From: Mobula hypostoma
Taxonomy: Eukaryota
DNA length: 64,000 nt
Assembly (NCBI RefSeq): GCF_963921235.1
Contig: NC_086099.1
Span: 52,390,001 to 52,454,000 of the forward strand
Reading direction: 5' to 3'
The notes under the pieces: generated by a model
The model's input: only the letters and a program-made list of their open reading frames with translations
Told to the model about the DNA's origin: nothing
Databases searched by the model: none
Translations under genes and position numbers: made by a program
In this document: positions 12,455-24,534 of the stretch, one piece after another
Layout of the letters: each line of letters starts with the position of its first letter
Numbering within the stretch: the stretch's first letter is position 1

Positions 12455-13650
12455 CGTGGGAGATTGATTTTCTTACAGACATTTATAGAAAAAGAAGAAA
12501 TACAATAGAATTTTTTGAAAAACTACATAAATGGGCCAAGACTGACAAACACCAATAGCATAATATGACAATCTACAAATAAAAATAAAACTGAGAATGT
12601 AAGTTGTAAAGAATCCTTGAAAGTGAGCCTATAGATCGTAGAATCAGTTCAGAGTATTGGTGAATGAAGTTACCCACACTGGTTCAAGAGCCTGATGGTT
12701 GTACGATACCAACTGTTACTGCACCAAGGCTTCTGTATCTCCTGCCCAATGGTATAGAGAGAACAGCATGGATAGTGGGGGTCTTTGATTATGAATTCTG
12801 CTTCTCGTGGCAGTGCTCCATGTAAATATACCCAATAGTGGGGAGTACTTTGCCGGTGATGGAGTGGGCTGTACCTACCACTTTGTGTTGCCTTTACCCT
12901 TCCTGGGCATTGGTGTTTCCATACCAGGCTTTGATGCAGTCAAAATAGATACTCTCCACTGAGCATCTATGGAAATTGGTCAAAGTTTTTGCTGGATTGC
13001 CCAATCTACGCAAACTTCTAAGAAAGTAGAGACACTGCCGTGTCTCCTTTGTGGTAATACTTAAGTACTGGTCCAAGGACAATCCTCTGTTATGTTGATA
13101 GCTAGGAAGTTAAAGCTACTGGCCATTCCCACTTCTGTTTGCAGAATGAGGGCCGGCTCATGGACCTCCAGCTTCTTCCTGTAGTCTATAATCAGCTCTT
13201 TAGTCTTGCTGACATTGAGTGAAAGATTGTTGTTGTGGCACCTCTCAACCAGATTTTCAATCTCCCTTTTATATGTAGAATCATTATCCTTGATGCAGCC
13301 TACAAAAGTGGTGTCCTGAGCAGACTTAAAGACTGCATTGGAGCTATTATCATAAGTATAAAATAAGCAGATCCAGGGGCTGAGCCCTCTAGTGCACCTG
13401 TGCTGATAACCAGTGTGGAAGAAATTTTATTGCCAATCTGTACTAACGGGGAAATAGAGGATCCAGTTACTCAGGGAGGTTCTGAGGTCCAGGTATTGGA
13501 GCTTAGTGATGAGTCAGGAGGATGATAGTGTTAAATGCTGAGCTATAGTCAATGAAGAACATCCTGACTTATGCATCTTCATTATCTAGGTGTTCCAGAA
13601 CTGAGTGGAAAAAACAATAAAATTGTATCTTCTGTGGACTGTTGTAACGA
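12455..13650 (-). mobile_element. Decayed Rex1/Babar LINE RT 3' part
   Basis: Minus ORF 12894..13082 reads RQCLYFLRSLRRLG...TLTNFHRCSVESI...WYGN. Confidence 0.8.
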
Positions 13651-13666
13651 CAATTTGGACAATTTG

Positions 13667-14790
13667 AATAAACTGTTGACATTTTAAGCTGAGAACATAA
13701 CATCAGCACTGGAATGGAAGGGGAAGAAGCCAGAATAAGAAAGTGGGAGAAGGGGAAGGAGTACAAGCTCGAAGGCGATAAGTGAATCCAGGTAGGTGGG
13801 GGAGGGGCTATGAAGTAACAAGCTGGGGGGGTAGTGATAGGTGGAAAAGGTAAAGGGCTGGAGAAGAAAGAATCTGATAAGGGGAGGAGAATGGGACATG
13901 GCAGAAAGGAAAGGTGGAGGGGCACCAGAGGGAGGGGATGACAAGAGAATGGAGTACAGAGAGTGGAATTAAGTAGAGGGAATGGGGAGTGGGATGAATT
14001 ACTGGAAGTTGGAGAAATCGATGTTCATGCCATCAGGTTGCAGGATGCCCAAAAGGAAAGTGAAGTGTTTCTCCTCCAATATGAAAGTGGCCTGATCGTG
14101 GCAGTAGAGGAGGCCATGGATGACATGGCAGAACGAGAATGGGGATTGGAATTAAAATGGTTGGCCACCAGGAGATCCTACTATTTGCAGATAGAGCAAA
14201 GCAATCCCCTAATATACCGAGACCTCACCAATGTAGGGAAGGCTGCGTCGGGATCATCGGATACAGTAGACTATCCCAACAGATTCGCAGTGTTGTCTCA
14301 TCTGAAAGGATTGTTTGGGGCCCTGAATGGGGGTGAGGGAGGAGGTGAATGGGCAGGTGTAGCACTTCTTCCACTTGCAGGAAAATGTGCCAGGAGAGAA
14401 TAAGTGTGGAGAGTTGAATGGACAAGGTAATCACAAAAGGAGTGATCCTTGCTGAAAGTGGAGAGCGGGGGAAGACATGGTCAGTGAGGACAAGGGGAAT
14501 TGTATCCCTATTAAGGCAGCGGAAAGATGGGATGAGTGCTGATATCCAGGAAATAAAGCAGACATGGATAAGGGCAGTATCAATGGTGGAGGAAAGGAAA
14601 CCCCATTGTTTGAAGAAGGTGGACATCTCTGATAGAAAGGAAAGTCTCATCCTGGGAATACATACGGTGGAGACAAAGAAATTCTGAAAAGGGAATGGCA
14701 TTTTTTTAGTAGACAAGGTGGGAAGTGGTATAGTCAAGACAGCCATTCAAGTTGGTAGCTTTACAAAAGGTATAGGTGGACAGTTTGTTT
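13667..14790 (-). mobile_element. Penelope-like element 3' half (inverted copy)
   Basis: Reverse complement aligns with the RT C-terminus, GIY-YIG and 3' tract of the + copies at 19700-20900 and 52183-53203. Confidence 0.85.
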
Positions 14791-14866
14791 CTGCTTGTTC
14801 CTGCACTACTGAATTCATGTCTGCATACCTCGACTCCATTTTATTCCCCACCTGTTCTTTCCCACC

Positions 14867-15009
14867 AGTAATATTGATGTGATTCAAATACCGCTGTAGA
14901 TTGAACAACCACGTTTATTCAACAGACTTCCATTTTTTACTTTTTTATTTCTCTACGTCCTGACGTCATATGCACTCTGACGCTACGAATACTCACACAA
15001 TACATTACA
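14867..15009 (-). repeat. 3' LTR of Gypsy element 2
   Basis: Direct repeat of 19135-19269; adjacent to the PPT. Confidence 0.9.
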
Positions 15010-15352
15010 TCCCCCTTCTCAAGATTTTTTTTACAACACTGTGAATTACCAAAACAATGCCTCTAGGTATGCCCTTCTTACAGTGCAACAACTATGACAT
15101 AAACTAAAAAAAAATCTTAACTTCTTGTATTGTATTCTGCATTGTATCTTAACACTAACAGCAGAGTATTTTATTTTATTAACATAGACTAATAAACCTT
15201 TTATTTCACACCTTGGAGTTATAACATGTGTGACTTTGCCTCAAACTGTGTGAGACTGTATGTATGTCTAGTCTCTGTATCTAGCTGGAAGTTTGACTTG
15301 TCTCCCAGACCGTGTGTGATACAACTGTGACTGTGCTTGTCCTTCATCAGTG

Positions 15353-17640
15353 TCAGTCTCTCTGTATTCTGACATTTTCATCTGTATGCAGATCTGGCAA
15401 CTGTCCTGTATGTCTGTCATAGTAGCTCTTTTGCTTTATTTGTTTGTACTTTTGCTTGTCATGTAGTTGGGCATTACCTCCAGGAGTCAGTAGAGTTGTG
15501 GATGTTGGCAGTTTGGACTTCAGACGACGTCCCATCAACAGCTGCGCAGGAGAGAACCCCACACCCTCAGTCGGTGTGTTGCGGTATTCAAGCAGAGCAA
15601 TGTAAGGGTCACCGTTGCTGCTTTGTGCCTTCTTGAGCATGTTCTTGACAGTTTGTACAGTTCTCTCTGCTTGTCCATTAGACTGAGCGTGCTCTGCACT
15701 GGAAATAACATGTTGAAATTCCCAGCTTTCTGAGAACCCTCTGAACTCACCACTGGTATATTGTGGACCATTGTCACTAACGACAATATCTGGAATACCA
15801 TGTCTTGCGAATGTCGACTTCATCGCAATAATGACACCTCGAATGGACGTATCATTTAACTTGGTGAACTCTGGATATTTTGAATAGTAGTCCACACAAA
15901 GCAGATATTCTTTACCATTGTAGTGAAAGAGATCTGTGCCAATCTTCTCCCATGGTTTTCCTGGTAGTGGATGGGGAAGCAGAGGCTCTCTTGGATTGCT
16001 GTTTTTGTTTTCATTACAGACAGCACACTGAGACATATGTCCTCTATCTGAGTTAACATGCCTGGCCAATAGAGAATGTCCCTTGCTGTTTCTTTACATT
16101 TCACTATCCCCAGGTGTGACTCATGAATTCTGTTAAGCATTTCCTGTCTCATTTGGTTTGGTATGATGAGTTTTGCCTTTTTGTACATTAGTCCTGATGC
16201 ACAGCTGATTTCCTCTTTAAATGTCCAGTATTTCTGCATTTCCTTTGGAACATCTTTTTTCTTTCTGTTGGCCATCCATTCATTGTAATGTCTCTTAGCA
16301 TTTGCATTTCAGGATGATCTGCAGTCGCTTTCTGAACATGTTCAACTTCTCCTCAGAGATGGGTAGCTGAGGTATAACCCAGTTGACCTCCAGCTTTCTT
16401 CCTAGCAACTCTTCCTTTTGGTCTTTGAGGTAAGCACGGCTCAAAGCATCAGCGATGTACAGTTCTTTTCCTGGCTTATAGGTAACTATGAGAGTGTACC
16501 TCTGTAGCCTGAGAAGCATCCTTTGCAGCCTCATAGGAGCTTGGTGGAGTGGCTTTTTGAAGATGCTCTCAAGTGGTTTGTGATCACTCTCAATCTGGAT
16601 TTCTTTGCCATAGACATATTGGTGGAACTTCTCACACCCATAAACTATGGCGAGTAATTCCTTCTCAATTTGAGCATATCGGCTCGTGATCCATACCCCA
16701 CAGGCCTCCCATCCTGCAGTATAACAGCTCCTATTCCCTCCGAACTGGCATCCACAGACATCGTCACCGGTTTATTGACATCATAGAACTTGAGTGCTGG
16801 TGCATTGGTAACCAACTGCTTCAATGTATCAAAACTTTTCTTTTGTTCGTCTTCCCAATGCTATTCAGTGTTGCTCTCTAGTAGCTTTCGGAGTGGAGCG
16901 CTGACCTCTGATAAGTTGGGAATGAATTTGGCAGGATACTGTATCATGCCCATGAACCTCAATAGTTCTTGCTTGTCTTCGGGTGATGGTAGCTGTAACA
17001 CAGCTCTGACCTTTTCATCATCTGGTTTTAGCCCATCAGCACTGAGTACATGACCTATGTATTTGATCTCTGTAGTTCTGACCTTACATTTACTTTTGTT
17101 CAGTTTTAAGTTGTACTCACGTGCTCTCTCCAGGAGCTTCCTCAATCTCTGATCATGTTCCTCAATTGTGTCACCCCATATCAGCAAATCATCAATGATG
17201 TTAACCACCCCATCCAGGCCTTCAATCATTTGTGCCACGGATCTCTGGAATACCTCTAATGTAGAAGAAATCCCAAACGATAGACTCAGGAAATAAAAAG
17301 TATTTCGCATTAGGCACGCGGGAGACAACCTTTTCAACCGTGAGCAGTGGATAGTGCTCTCTTTTGATGGCTTGGTTGAGATCTTGTGGATCCATGCAAA
17401 TCTTCGTCTTTTTTTCTGTGATCACTGTCACCATACTATTCACCCAGTCAGCTGGTTCTATTTGTCTTGTTATTGCTCCCATCTGTTCCATTCTGTGTAG
17501 CTCCTCCACTACGTGATCCCTGTGAGCTACTGGAATCTTTCTCGGGGCATGCACGACTGGTGCAATAGTTGGATCAATCTGGATATGGTGTTTCCCTGGT
17601 AAACATCCAAATCCAGGAAACAAGTCATCAAAGTCTTTGA
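15353..17640 (-). pseudogene. Gypsy pol (RT, RNase H, integrase), frameshifted
   Basis: ORF pieces 17222..17647, 16861..17337, 16295..16534, 15856..16275 and 15353..16069 carry HYPLLT, IIDDLL, ADALSR, HLGIVKCK, VDYYSKYPE, SDNGPQY and SNGQAERTVQ. Confidence 0.9.
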
Positions 17641-17703
17641 GAAACATACATCAAAGTTGCTGGTGAACGCAGCAGGCCAAGCAGCATCTATAGGAAGAGG
17701 CGC

Positions 17704-17739
17704 AGTCGACATTTCAGGCCCAGACCCTTCGTCAGGACT
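17704..17739 (-). ncRNA. Minimal type I hammerhead ribozyme, antisense copy
   Basis: Reverse complement reads AGUC-CUGACGA-AGGGUCUGGGCCU-GAAAU-GUC-GACU. Confidence 0.75.
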
Positions 17740-17744
17740 AAGTT

Positions 17745-17780
17745 AGTCCTGACGAAGGGTCTCGGCCTGAAACGTCGACT
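17745..17780 (+). ncRNA. Minimal type I hammerhead ribozyme (PLE-type)
   Basis: AGUC-CUGACGA-AGGGUCUCGGCCU-GAAAC-GUC-GACU: stem I AGUC/GACU, conserved CUGANGA and GAAA boxes, GUC cleavage triplet, palindromic ACGU at stem III. Confidence 0.85.
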
Positions 17781-17898
17781 GCGCCTCTTCCTATAGATGC
17801 TGCTTGGCCTGCTGCGTTCACCAGCAACTTTGATGTATGTTGCTTGAATTTCCAGCATCTGCAGAATTCCTGTTGTTTGCGTTTAAAGTCTTTGAGAA

Positions 17899-19085
17899 TG
17901 TCATTTTCTTTTTCAACACCATAGATTTGCTTCACCAGGCCTAGCTTTGTGTATGTTGCTTTGCTCAGTATTGCTGGAACATGTTGCTGTACTATTTCAA
18001 ACTCTATCTTGTGTTTTTGTCCTTTGTACACACAGGGGAGTGCTTTTTTGCCCAGTGGCGCCATCTTGTGGTCGAAATATGCAACAAGCTTGCAGGTGGA
18101 TTTTCTCAGTTTTCCTCTGATGTCCAGTGAGTTGAATGTTTCTGCTGACATTACATTGCACTTTGCCCCAGTGTCAAGCTTAAATGTCACATTCCTCCTG
18201 TTTATTATCAGATCTTGGGTCCAATCATCTTCATCCTCCATCTCTGCATTGTCAATATTCTTGATGCATACCTCCTGTCCCACTTCAACTGTGCCAATGA
18301 ACATGTCACTGTTGCCCTCACTCTGTCCCACAGCGTGCATTTTCCTTGCGTGCTCCTTCGATTTGCACATCTTTGCAAAGTGATTTCTTTTCTGGCATAA
18401 CTTGCATGTCTGACCAAAGGCTGGACATTTTCTGTATCCATGTTTATAACCACATCTGTTGCAGTTAACTTCCTTTTGATCATCCTGTGGAGCTGGCTTT
18501 GTCCTGCTCTTGTCAGTTTTCACAGATTTATTTTGTGCACTTCAATCTCTTCATTGAGCACTTTAACCTGACTTGACATTATCTCACTGGCACGGCAAAC
18601 ATCAATTGCCTTTTCTAATGTAAGATCCACCTCTCTCAATAGCCTGCCTCTCACTTGATCACCTCGTATGCCGCATACAATCCTGTCACGTATTACAGAG
18701 TCACACAGTTGACCGAACTCACAGTCTTTTACCTTGCTCTTCAAATCTGTTACACAGGCGTCTATGGTCTCTATTGGTCCTTGAGCCCTTGTGAAAAACC
18801 TGTGTCGGATGTACGGTAGTTTTTTCTCAGTTCGCAGTAATCTCGAAACTTTTTCTTCAACACTTCAATTTTATCTTGCTCATCATCTTGGAAGACAAAC
18901 ATGTTGCAAACCTTTATTGCCTCTTCCCCCGCCACATACAGAAACGTAGCACATTGCACTTTCTCCGTCTTTTCAGCTACGCCGCTAGCAGTGCAAAACA
19001 GCTCAAACTTCTGGATCCATATTTTCCAGTTCTCAGCAAGATTACCTTGTAGGCTTAAACTTGACGCTGGCAGTAACTGTGACAT
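17899..19085 (-). pseudogene. Gypsy gag and protease, frameshifted
   Basis: ORFs 18771..19085 (NLAENWKIWIQKFELF), 18520..18744 (IRDRIVCG) and 17738..18523 (CKLCQKRNHFAKMC; FKLDTGAKCNV). Confidence 0.9.
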
Positions 19086-19134
19086 CCTTTATGTGTCTTC
19101 TCTTCCTTTTTTTTCGCGATTTCTTTTGACACCA

Positions 19135-19269
19135 TGTAATATTAATGTGACTCGGACACCACTGTAGATTGAACAACCATGTTTATTCAACAGACTTCCA
19201 TTCTTTACTTCTGTACATCCTGATGTCATACGCACTCTGACGCTATGAATACTCACACAATACATTACA
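19135..19269 (-). repeat. 5' LTR of Gypsy element 2
   Basis: tgtaat...attaca with the PBS immediately internal. Confidence 0.9.
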
Positions 19270-19274
19270 CCACC

Positions 19275-20975
19275 TACATCCTCAACACTTCACATGCTCT
19301 CCATCTCCTCAACAATTTTCACTTCCCTGGCCCTGATCACCTTCTTTTTAGAGAGCAGACCTAACAGTTTCCCTCCAGCATCGCCCTCTTCCATTGGTCC
19401 TCAGCCTCAACATTTTTTTCAGCTTCTCCCACTTTCTCTAAACTCAGGGGGTAGCTATGAGCACCAACATTGGCCTACTTTTCATTGGCTACATGGAACA
19501 GTCCATGTTCCAAGCCTTCCCTGGTAATGCCCCCAATTCTTTCTGCACTACATTGACAACTGCGTTGGCGCTGCTTCATGCACTCATGCTGAGCTTGTCA
19601 ATTTCATCAACTTTGACTCCAACTTCCACCCTGCCCTTAAATTCACTTGGTCCATTTCTGACTCCTCTCTCCACTTTCTCGATCCCTGTCTCCATCTCTA
19701 GAGACAAACTGTTTACCACCATTTTTGATATATCTACCCACTTCCATGGCTATCTTGACTATTCCTCTTCCCACCCGTTCTCCTGTTGAAACGGCATTCC
19801 CTTTATTCAGTTCCTTCATCTCCACTGCATCTGTTCGCAGGGTGAGGCTTTACTTTCCTGGACAACAGAGGTGACCTCCTCCTTCAAAGAATGCTATTTT
19901 CTTTCCTCCACCATTGCTGCCCTCTCCCATATCTCCTTCATTTCTTGAGTATCCATCTTCATGACATCTTCCCACTGCCTTAACAGGGACAGAGTCTCTC
20001 TTGTCATCAACTAGCATCCCATGAGCCTCCGCATCCAGCACATTATTCTCCGCAATTTCTGCCATCTTCAGTGGAACCCTACCACCATACACATCTTTAC
20101 CTCTCCACTCTGTGCTTTCTACATGGATCACTTCCTGTGTGATTCCCTCATCCATTCATCCCTCTCTTCTAATCTCCCTCCTGGCACTTATCACTGCAAG
20201 TGGAAGAAGTGCTACACCTGCCTATTTACCTCCTACCTCACCTCCATTTAGAGCACCAAGCAGTCCTTCCAGATGAGGCCACAGTTCACCTGTGAGACTC
20301 TAGTGTATCCAGTTCTTCCGATGGTGCTTCCTCTACATTGGAGAGATCCAACATAGATTGGGGGACCGTTTTGTTGAGCACCTTCGCTCCATCCACAAAA
20401 GGCAGGATTTCCCAGTGGCCAACCATTTTAATTTCAATCCCCTTTCCCATTGTGACATGTTGGACCATGGTCTCTTCTACTGCCATAATGAGCCTACTCT
20501 CTGGTTAGAGGAGCAATACCTCTTATTCCTTTGGGTTTCTTCCAACTTGACAGCATGAATGTTGACTTCTCCAACTTTCAGTAATTTTCCCCTCCTCCCC
20601 TCCTCTTCAATTCCCCACTCTGCTCCACCACTTACCTCTTCTCCTCCTCATATGCCTATCATCTCCCCCTGGTGCCCTCCTCCTTCCCTTTCTCCCATGG
20701 ACAACTCCCCTCTACTATCAGATTCCTTCTTCTCCAGCCCTTTACCTTTTCCACATATCATCTACCAGCTTCTTTCTTCATAGACCCTCCCCCACCCACC
20801 TTGCTTCACCTATCACTTTTTAATTTGTACTTCTTTACCTCACCTTCTTATTCTGGCTTCTTCTCCCTTCTTTCTGAGTCCTGATGCAGGGTCTCGGCCC
20901 GAAACATTCTCAGTATATGCATTTCCATAAACGTTGCCTGATCTGCTCATTTCCTCCAGCATTTTGTGTCTGTTG
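19275..20975 (+). mobile_element. Penelope-like element (RT, GIY-YIG, hammerhead terminus); begins at ~14791-14866 and is interrupted by Gypsy 2
   Basis: RT-like LFIGYMEQSMF and HGYLDYSSSHP; GIY-YIG GDRFVEHLRSI; terminal agtcctgatgcagggtctcggcccgaaac at ~20877. Confidence 0.85.
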
Positions 20976-21202
20976 TCATTTACGTATCTTGGTTTTGCTT
21001 TGTAGGAGGTGATGGCATTCAAGCCCTGCCACAGCTGTCAAATATTCCTCTGTGATTCAAGTTTTGCCCAGAATTGCCACTTTGCATATGTAATTACTCT
21101 TTAAAGGTCCTTCCTCGTCCACCAGTTCTTTTTCACTTTGCCAGTACTGAACACCACCAATCTATCCCTCAGCAGAATTCAAATATCTTGGTTCATCTAG
21201 GG

Positions 21203-21282
21203 GAGGGGTTCTCAACCTGGTGTCCACAGATGCTTTGCTTAATGGTATTGGCCCATGGCATAACAAAATATGGGAACTTCTG
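21203..21282. mobile_element. 80-bp hAT/Charlie-like MITE
   Basis: Imperfect TIRs (g)aggggttctcaa / tgggaacttctg; 8-bp TSD atctaggg/atctacgg resembling the NTCTAGAN target. Confidence 0.6.
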
Positions 21283-21469
21283 ATCTACGGCTTCTGGTTA
21301 GGGCAGAACGTTGTGTTGCCTGTCTGGTGATAGGCTTAAGAACATCACTTCTACACAGGAGAAGGACTTGGATGGGAAGGGGAGGATCCAGTAGCCATGG
21401 TCCACATAAATATTATATCATAGCTAGTCATACTATGATAGGGCAGGTTATTGGATGAAAATGAAAATA

Positions 21470-22745
21470 TGCCAAACAAAACAAAACACAGCTAAGGTGA
21501 GTGGGAAGACGGATGATTGGGAAATTTTTAAGGAGCAACAGAACTTAACTAAAAAGGCAATACGGGGAGAAAAAAATGAGGTATGAACGCAAGCTAGCTA
21601 GGAATATAAAAGAGGATAGCAAAAGTTTTTTTAGGTATGTGAAGAGAAGGAAGATAAGAACAATGTTGGGCCCTTGAAGAATGAATTGGGAGAAATTGTT
21701 ATGGGAAACAGAGAAATGGCAGATGAATTTAATAAGTACTTTGGATCTGTCTTCACTAGGGAAGACACAAGCAATCTCCCAGATGTATGGATGGGCCAAG
21801 GACATGGGGTAACAGAGGAACTGAAACAGATTGACATTAGGAAGGAAACGGTGACAAGTAGACTGATGGGACTGAAGGCTAACAAATCCCCAGATCCAGA
21901 TGGTCTGCATCCTAGGGTACTATAGGAGGTGGCTCTGGAAACTGCGGATGCATTGGTGATCATTTTCCAATGTTCCTTAGATTCAGAATCAGTTCCTGAG
22001 GATTGGCGAATGGCTAATATTATCCCACCTTTTAAGAAAGGAGGGAGGGAGAAAACAGTGAACTATCACCCTGTTAGCCTAACATCAGTAGTGGGGAAGA
22101 TGCTAGAGTCCATTATTAAAGTTGGGCCAAGCCAGCATGGATTTACCAAGGGCAAATCATGCTTGACTAATCTATTGGAGTTTTTCGAGGATGTAACCAG
22201 GAAGATAGACGCGGGAGATCCAGTGGATGTGGTGTACCTTGACTTTCAGAAGGCATTCGATAAGGTACCACATAAAAGATTGGTGGGTAAAATCAGAGCT
22301 CATGGCATTGGGGGGAGGATATTGACATGGATAGAAAACTGGTTGGCAGATAGAAAGCAAAGGGTAGCAGTGAATGGGTGTTTCTCGGAATGGCAGGTGG
22401 TGACTAGTGGGGTGCCACAGGGCTCGGTATTGGGACCACAGCTGTTTACCATTTACGTCAATGATCTAGAGGAAGGCATTGTGAATAACATCAGCAAGTT
22501 TGCTGATGATACTAAACTGGGTGGCAGTGTGACATGTGATGAGGATGTTAGGAGAATTCAAGGTGACTTGGATAGGCTGGGTGAGTGGGCAGAAACTTAG
22601 CAGATGGCGTTTAATGTGAATAAGTGTGAGGTTATTCACTTTGGGAGCAAGAACAGGAAGATGATCAGCCATTATCTCAGACTGGTGGTGCAGGCTCGAA
22701 GGGCCGAATGGTCTACTTCTGCACCTATTGTCTATTGTCTATTGT
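21470..22745 (+). mobile_element. CR1 LINE, 5'-truncated with internal deletion
   Basis: ORF 21929..22600 is RT (VYLDFQKAFDKV, GVPQGSVLGP, KFADDTKL). Tail gaagggccgaatgg...(ctattgt)n. Confidence 0.95.
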
Positions 22746-22774
22746 AATCCAGAGTTGCACTAAATGTAAAAATT

Positions 22775-24450
22775 CAAGGGTTAATGTTTTTTATATGAAT
22801 GCACATAGCATTTGCAACAAGATAGATGAGGTGGTAGTACAGCAGCAGCATGTACGTATGTTGTTTATAATTACTCAGAAGTGTGGTTAAGGGTAGCCAA
22901 GACTGGTTACTCAATCAACACTGTTCCAAAAAGCAAGCAAAATGTGAAAGGAGGTAGGGTGACATTGTTAATCAAGGCTGGTACCAAGCAGTGCTGAGTC
23001 GTGATATAAAGCAGTGGATTGTACTATGGAGTCAGTTTGTATTGAAATCATTAATAGCAGGGGAAGACACGGGTGGGTGAAGACTATAGACTCCCAAAGT
23101 GTAAGCTCCCTATAGGTTCAAGTATAATTAAGCAAATATCAAGAATACGTTAGAAGGGAACAGCAGTTACCATCGGAGATTTTAATCAAGATCATTGGAT
23201 GAACCAAACTGGCAAGGGTAACTTGGAAGAGGAATTTGTAGCATGAATCAGGAATTGCTTTTGTAGGGGAGCACGTTGTGGAGGCAACCCAAGAACAGGA
23301 TATTTTAGAGTTGGTCTTCTGGAATGAGGAAGGATCTATCGGGGTTTTGTGGTTTAGGATACCCTAGGGAGCAACAGCACCCAACAGAATAGAATTCTAA
23401 ATGTAGTTTGAGGGTGAACACCAAAGGACCTGTGCCTTCAATTTATATTTAATTATAATGGTGTATGGGAGAAGTTGTTTAAGTTGGACTGGGCAAACAA
23501 GCTAAGAGATAGGCCAGGAGAAAAACAGTGGTATGTTCAAATAACAGGTCTGTAATGTTTAGCATGAGTTTATCCCAATCAAAAAGGGAAATTACATGAG
23601 AAAGTATTGGAATTGGTTTATTGTTGTCACATGTACTGAGATACGGTGAAAAAGCTTGTCTTGCACACTGTTTATACAGGTAAGATCATTACACAACGCA
23701 CTTAGATAGCATAAGGTAAAGCAATAACAGAATGAAGAATAAAGTGTAATCTGTAAATAGCGAAGGAGGTAAATGACATTGTTAAATTGGAAAGCAGTGT
23801 GTATAAAATGGCAAGAGTTAGTGGTAGACCAGAGGACTGCAGAGTTTTTAGGATCCAGCATCCATAGACTGAAAAGCAAATAAGAAGAGAGAAAATAAAT
23901 TCTGAGAGAAAAGTTGCATGTAATATAAAAGCAAACAGTAAAAAGTTCTACGTTAGGAAGAGAAACTAAGGTAAATGTGCACCATTTAGTGAATGATACC
24001 GGTGAAATGACAACAGCAAACAAGGACATTGCAGATACATTGAATAATTATTTTGCATCAGGAAAATGGTTATAATCAGGTATAGTTAATATTCCTAAGA
24101 TATCAATTAGGATCATTTCAGAAAACTTGGTAGGACTTACACAATTCCCTTTAACAAGAGATGGCTGAAATTGAACAAGTCTCCACAACCTGATGGACTG
24201 TAAGTTAGGGATTTAAAAGATTACAGGGGTAGTGGACCCATTGATTGAAACTTTTCATAATTTGCTGTACTCCAGGAGGATGGCAGAAGATTGGAAAAAA
24301 AGCAATGAAACTCCCTTGTTAAAACGAAAGAGAGAGATAGGAGGCTGGGAACTGTAAGCCAGTTAGTTTAAGATGCTAGAGACAATAATCAAAGAAGAAA
24401 CAGCTGATTAATTAGGAAAGGTGAAAAAAGTAAACTTAGTCACATGGTTT
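22775..24450 (+). mobile_element. Old CR1 LINE (endonuclease to RT start), heavily decayed
   Basis: Remnants of YMNAHSICNKIDE, GDFN, ILELV and TPLLK motifs. Confidence 0.65.
23605..23750 (-). mobile_element. Rex1-like 3' tail fragment
   Basis: attggtttattgttgtcacatgtactgagatacggtgaaaagctt is the reverse of an aataaaccaat-type tail. Confidence 0.5.
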
Positions 24451-24534
24451 AACCAGCTCAGAGATCATCCAGCTCAACTTCAGAATTCCTCTCTCCTATC
24501 CAAACCTTACCTTCCCTGAACACACTTCCCTCTA

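Larger units (their letters stand above)
17644..17884. mobile_element. 241-bp palindromic Penelope-derived insertion with two opposed hammerhead motifs
   Basis: Arms 17642-17741 and 17743-17841 are inverted repeats with 2 mismatches. Perfect 14-bp TSD aaagtctttgagaa at 17630-17643 and 17885-17898. Confidence 0.95.
14867..19269 (-). mobile_element. Full-length decayed Gypsy LTR retrotransposon (Mag/K02A2.6-like) with ~140-bp LTRs
   Basis: LTRs at 14867-15009 and 19135-19269 (tgtaat...attaca) with 5-bp TSD ccacc. PBS tggtgtcaaaag and PPT gagaaggggga. Domains in order gag, CCHC knuckles, FKLDTGA protease, IIDDLL RT, RNase H, integrase. Confidence 0.95.

Noticed and set aside
17738-18523. 261-aa ORF with a novel C-terminus
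   Set aside because: It is Gypsy gag-protease reading through into the palindromic insertion.
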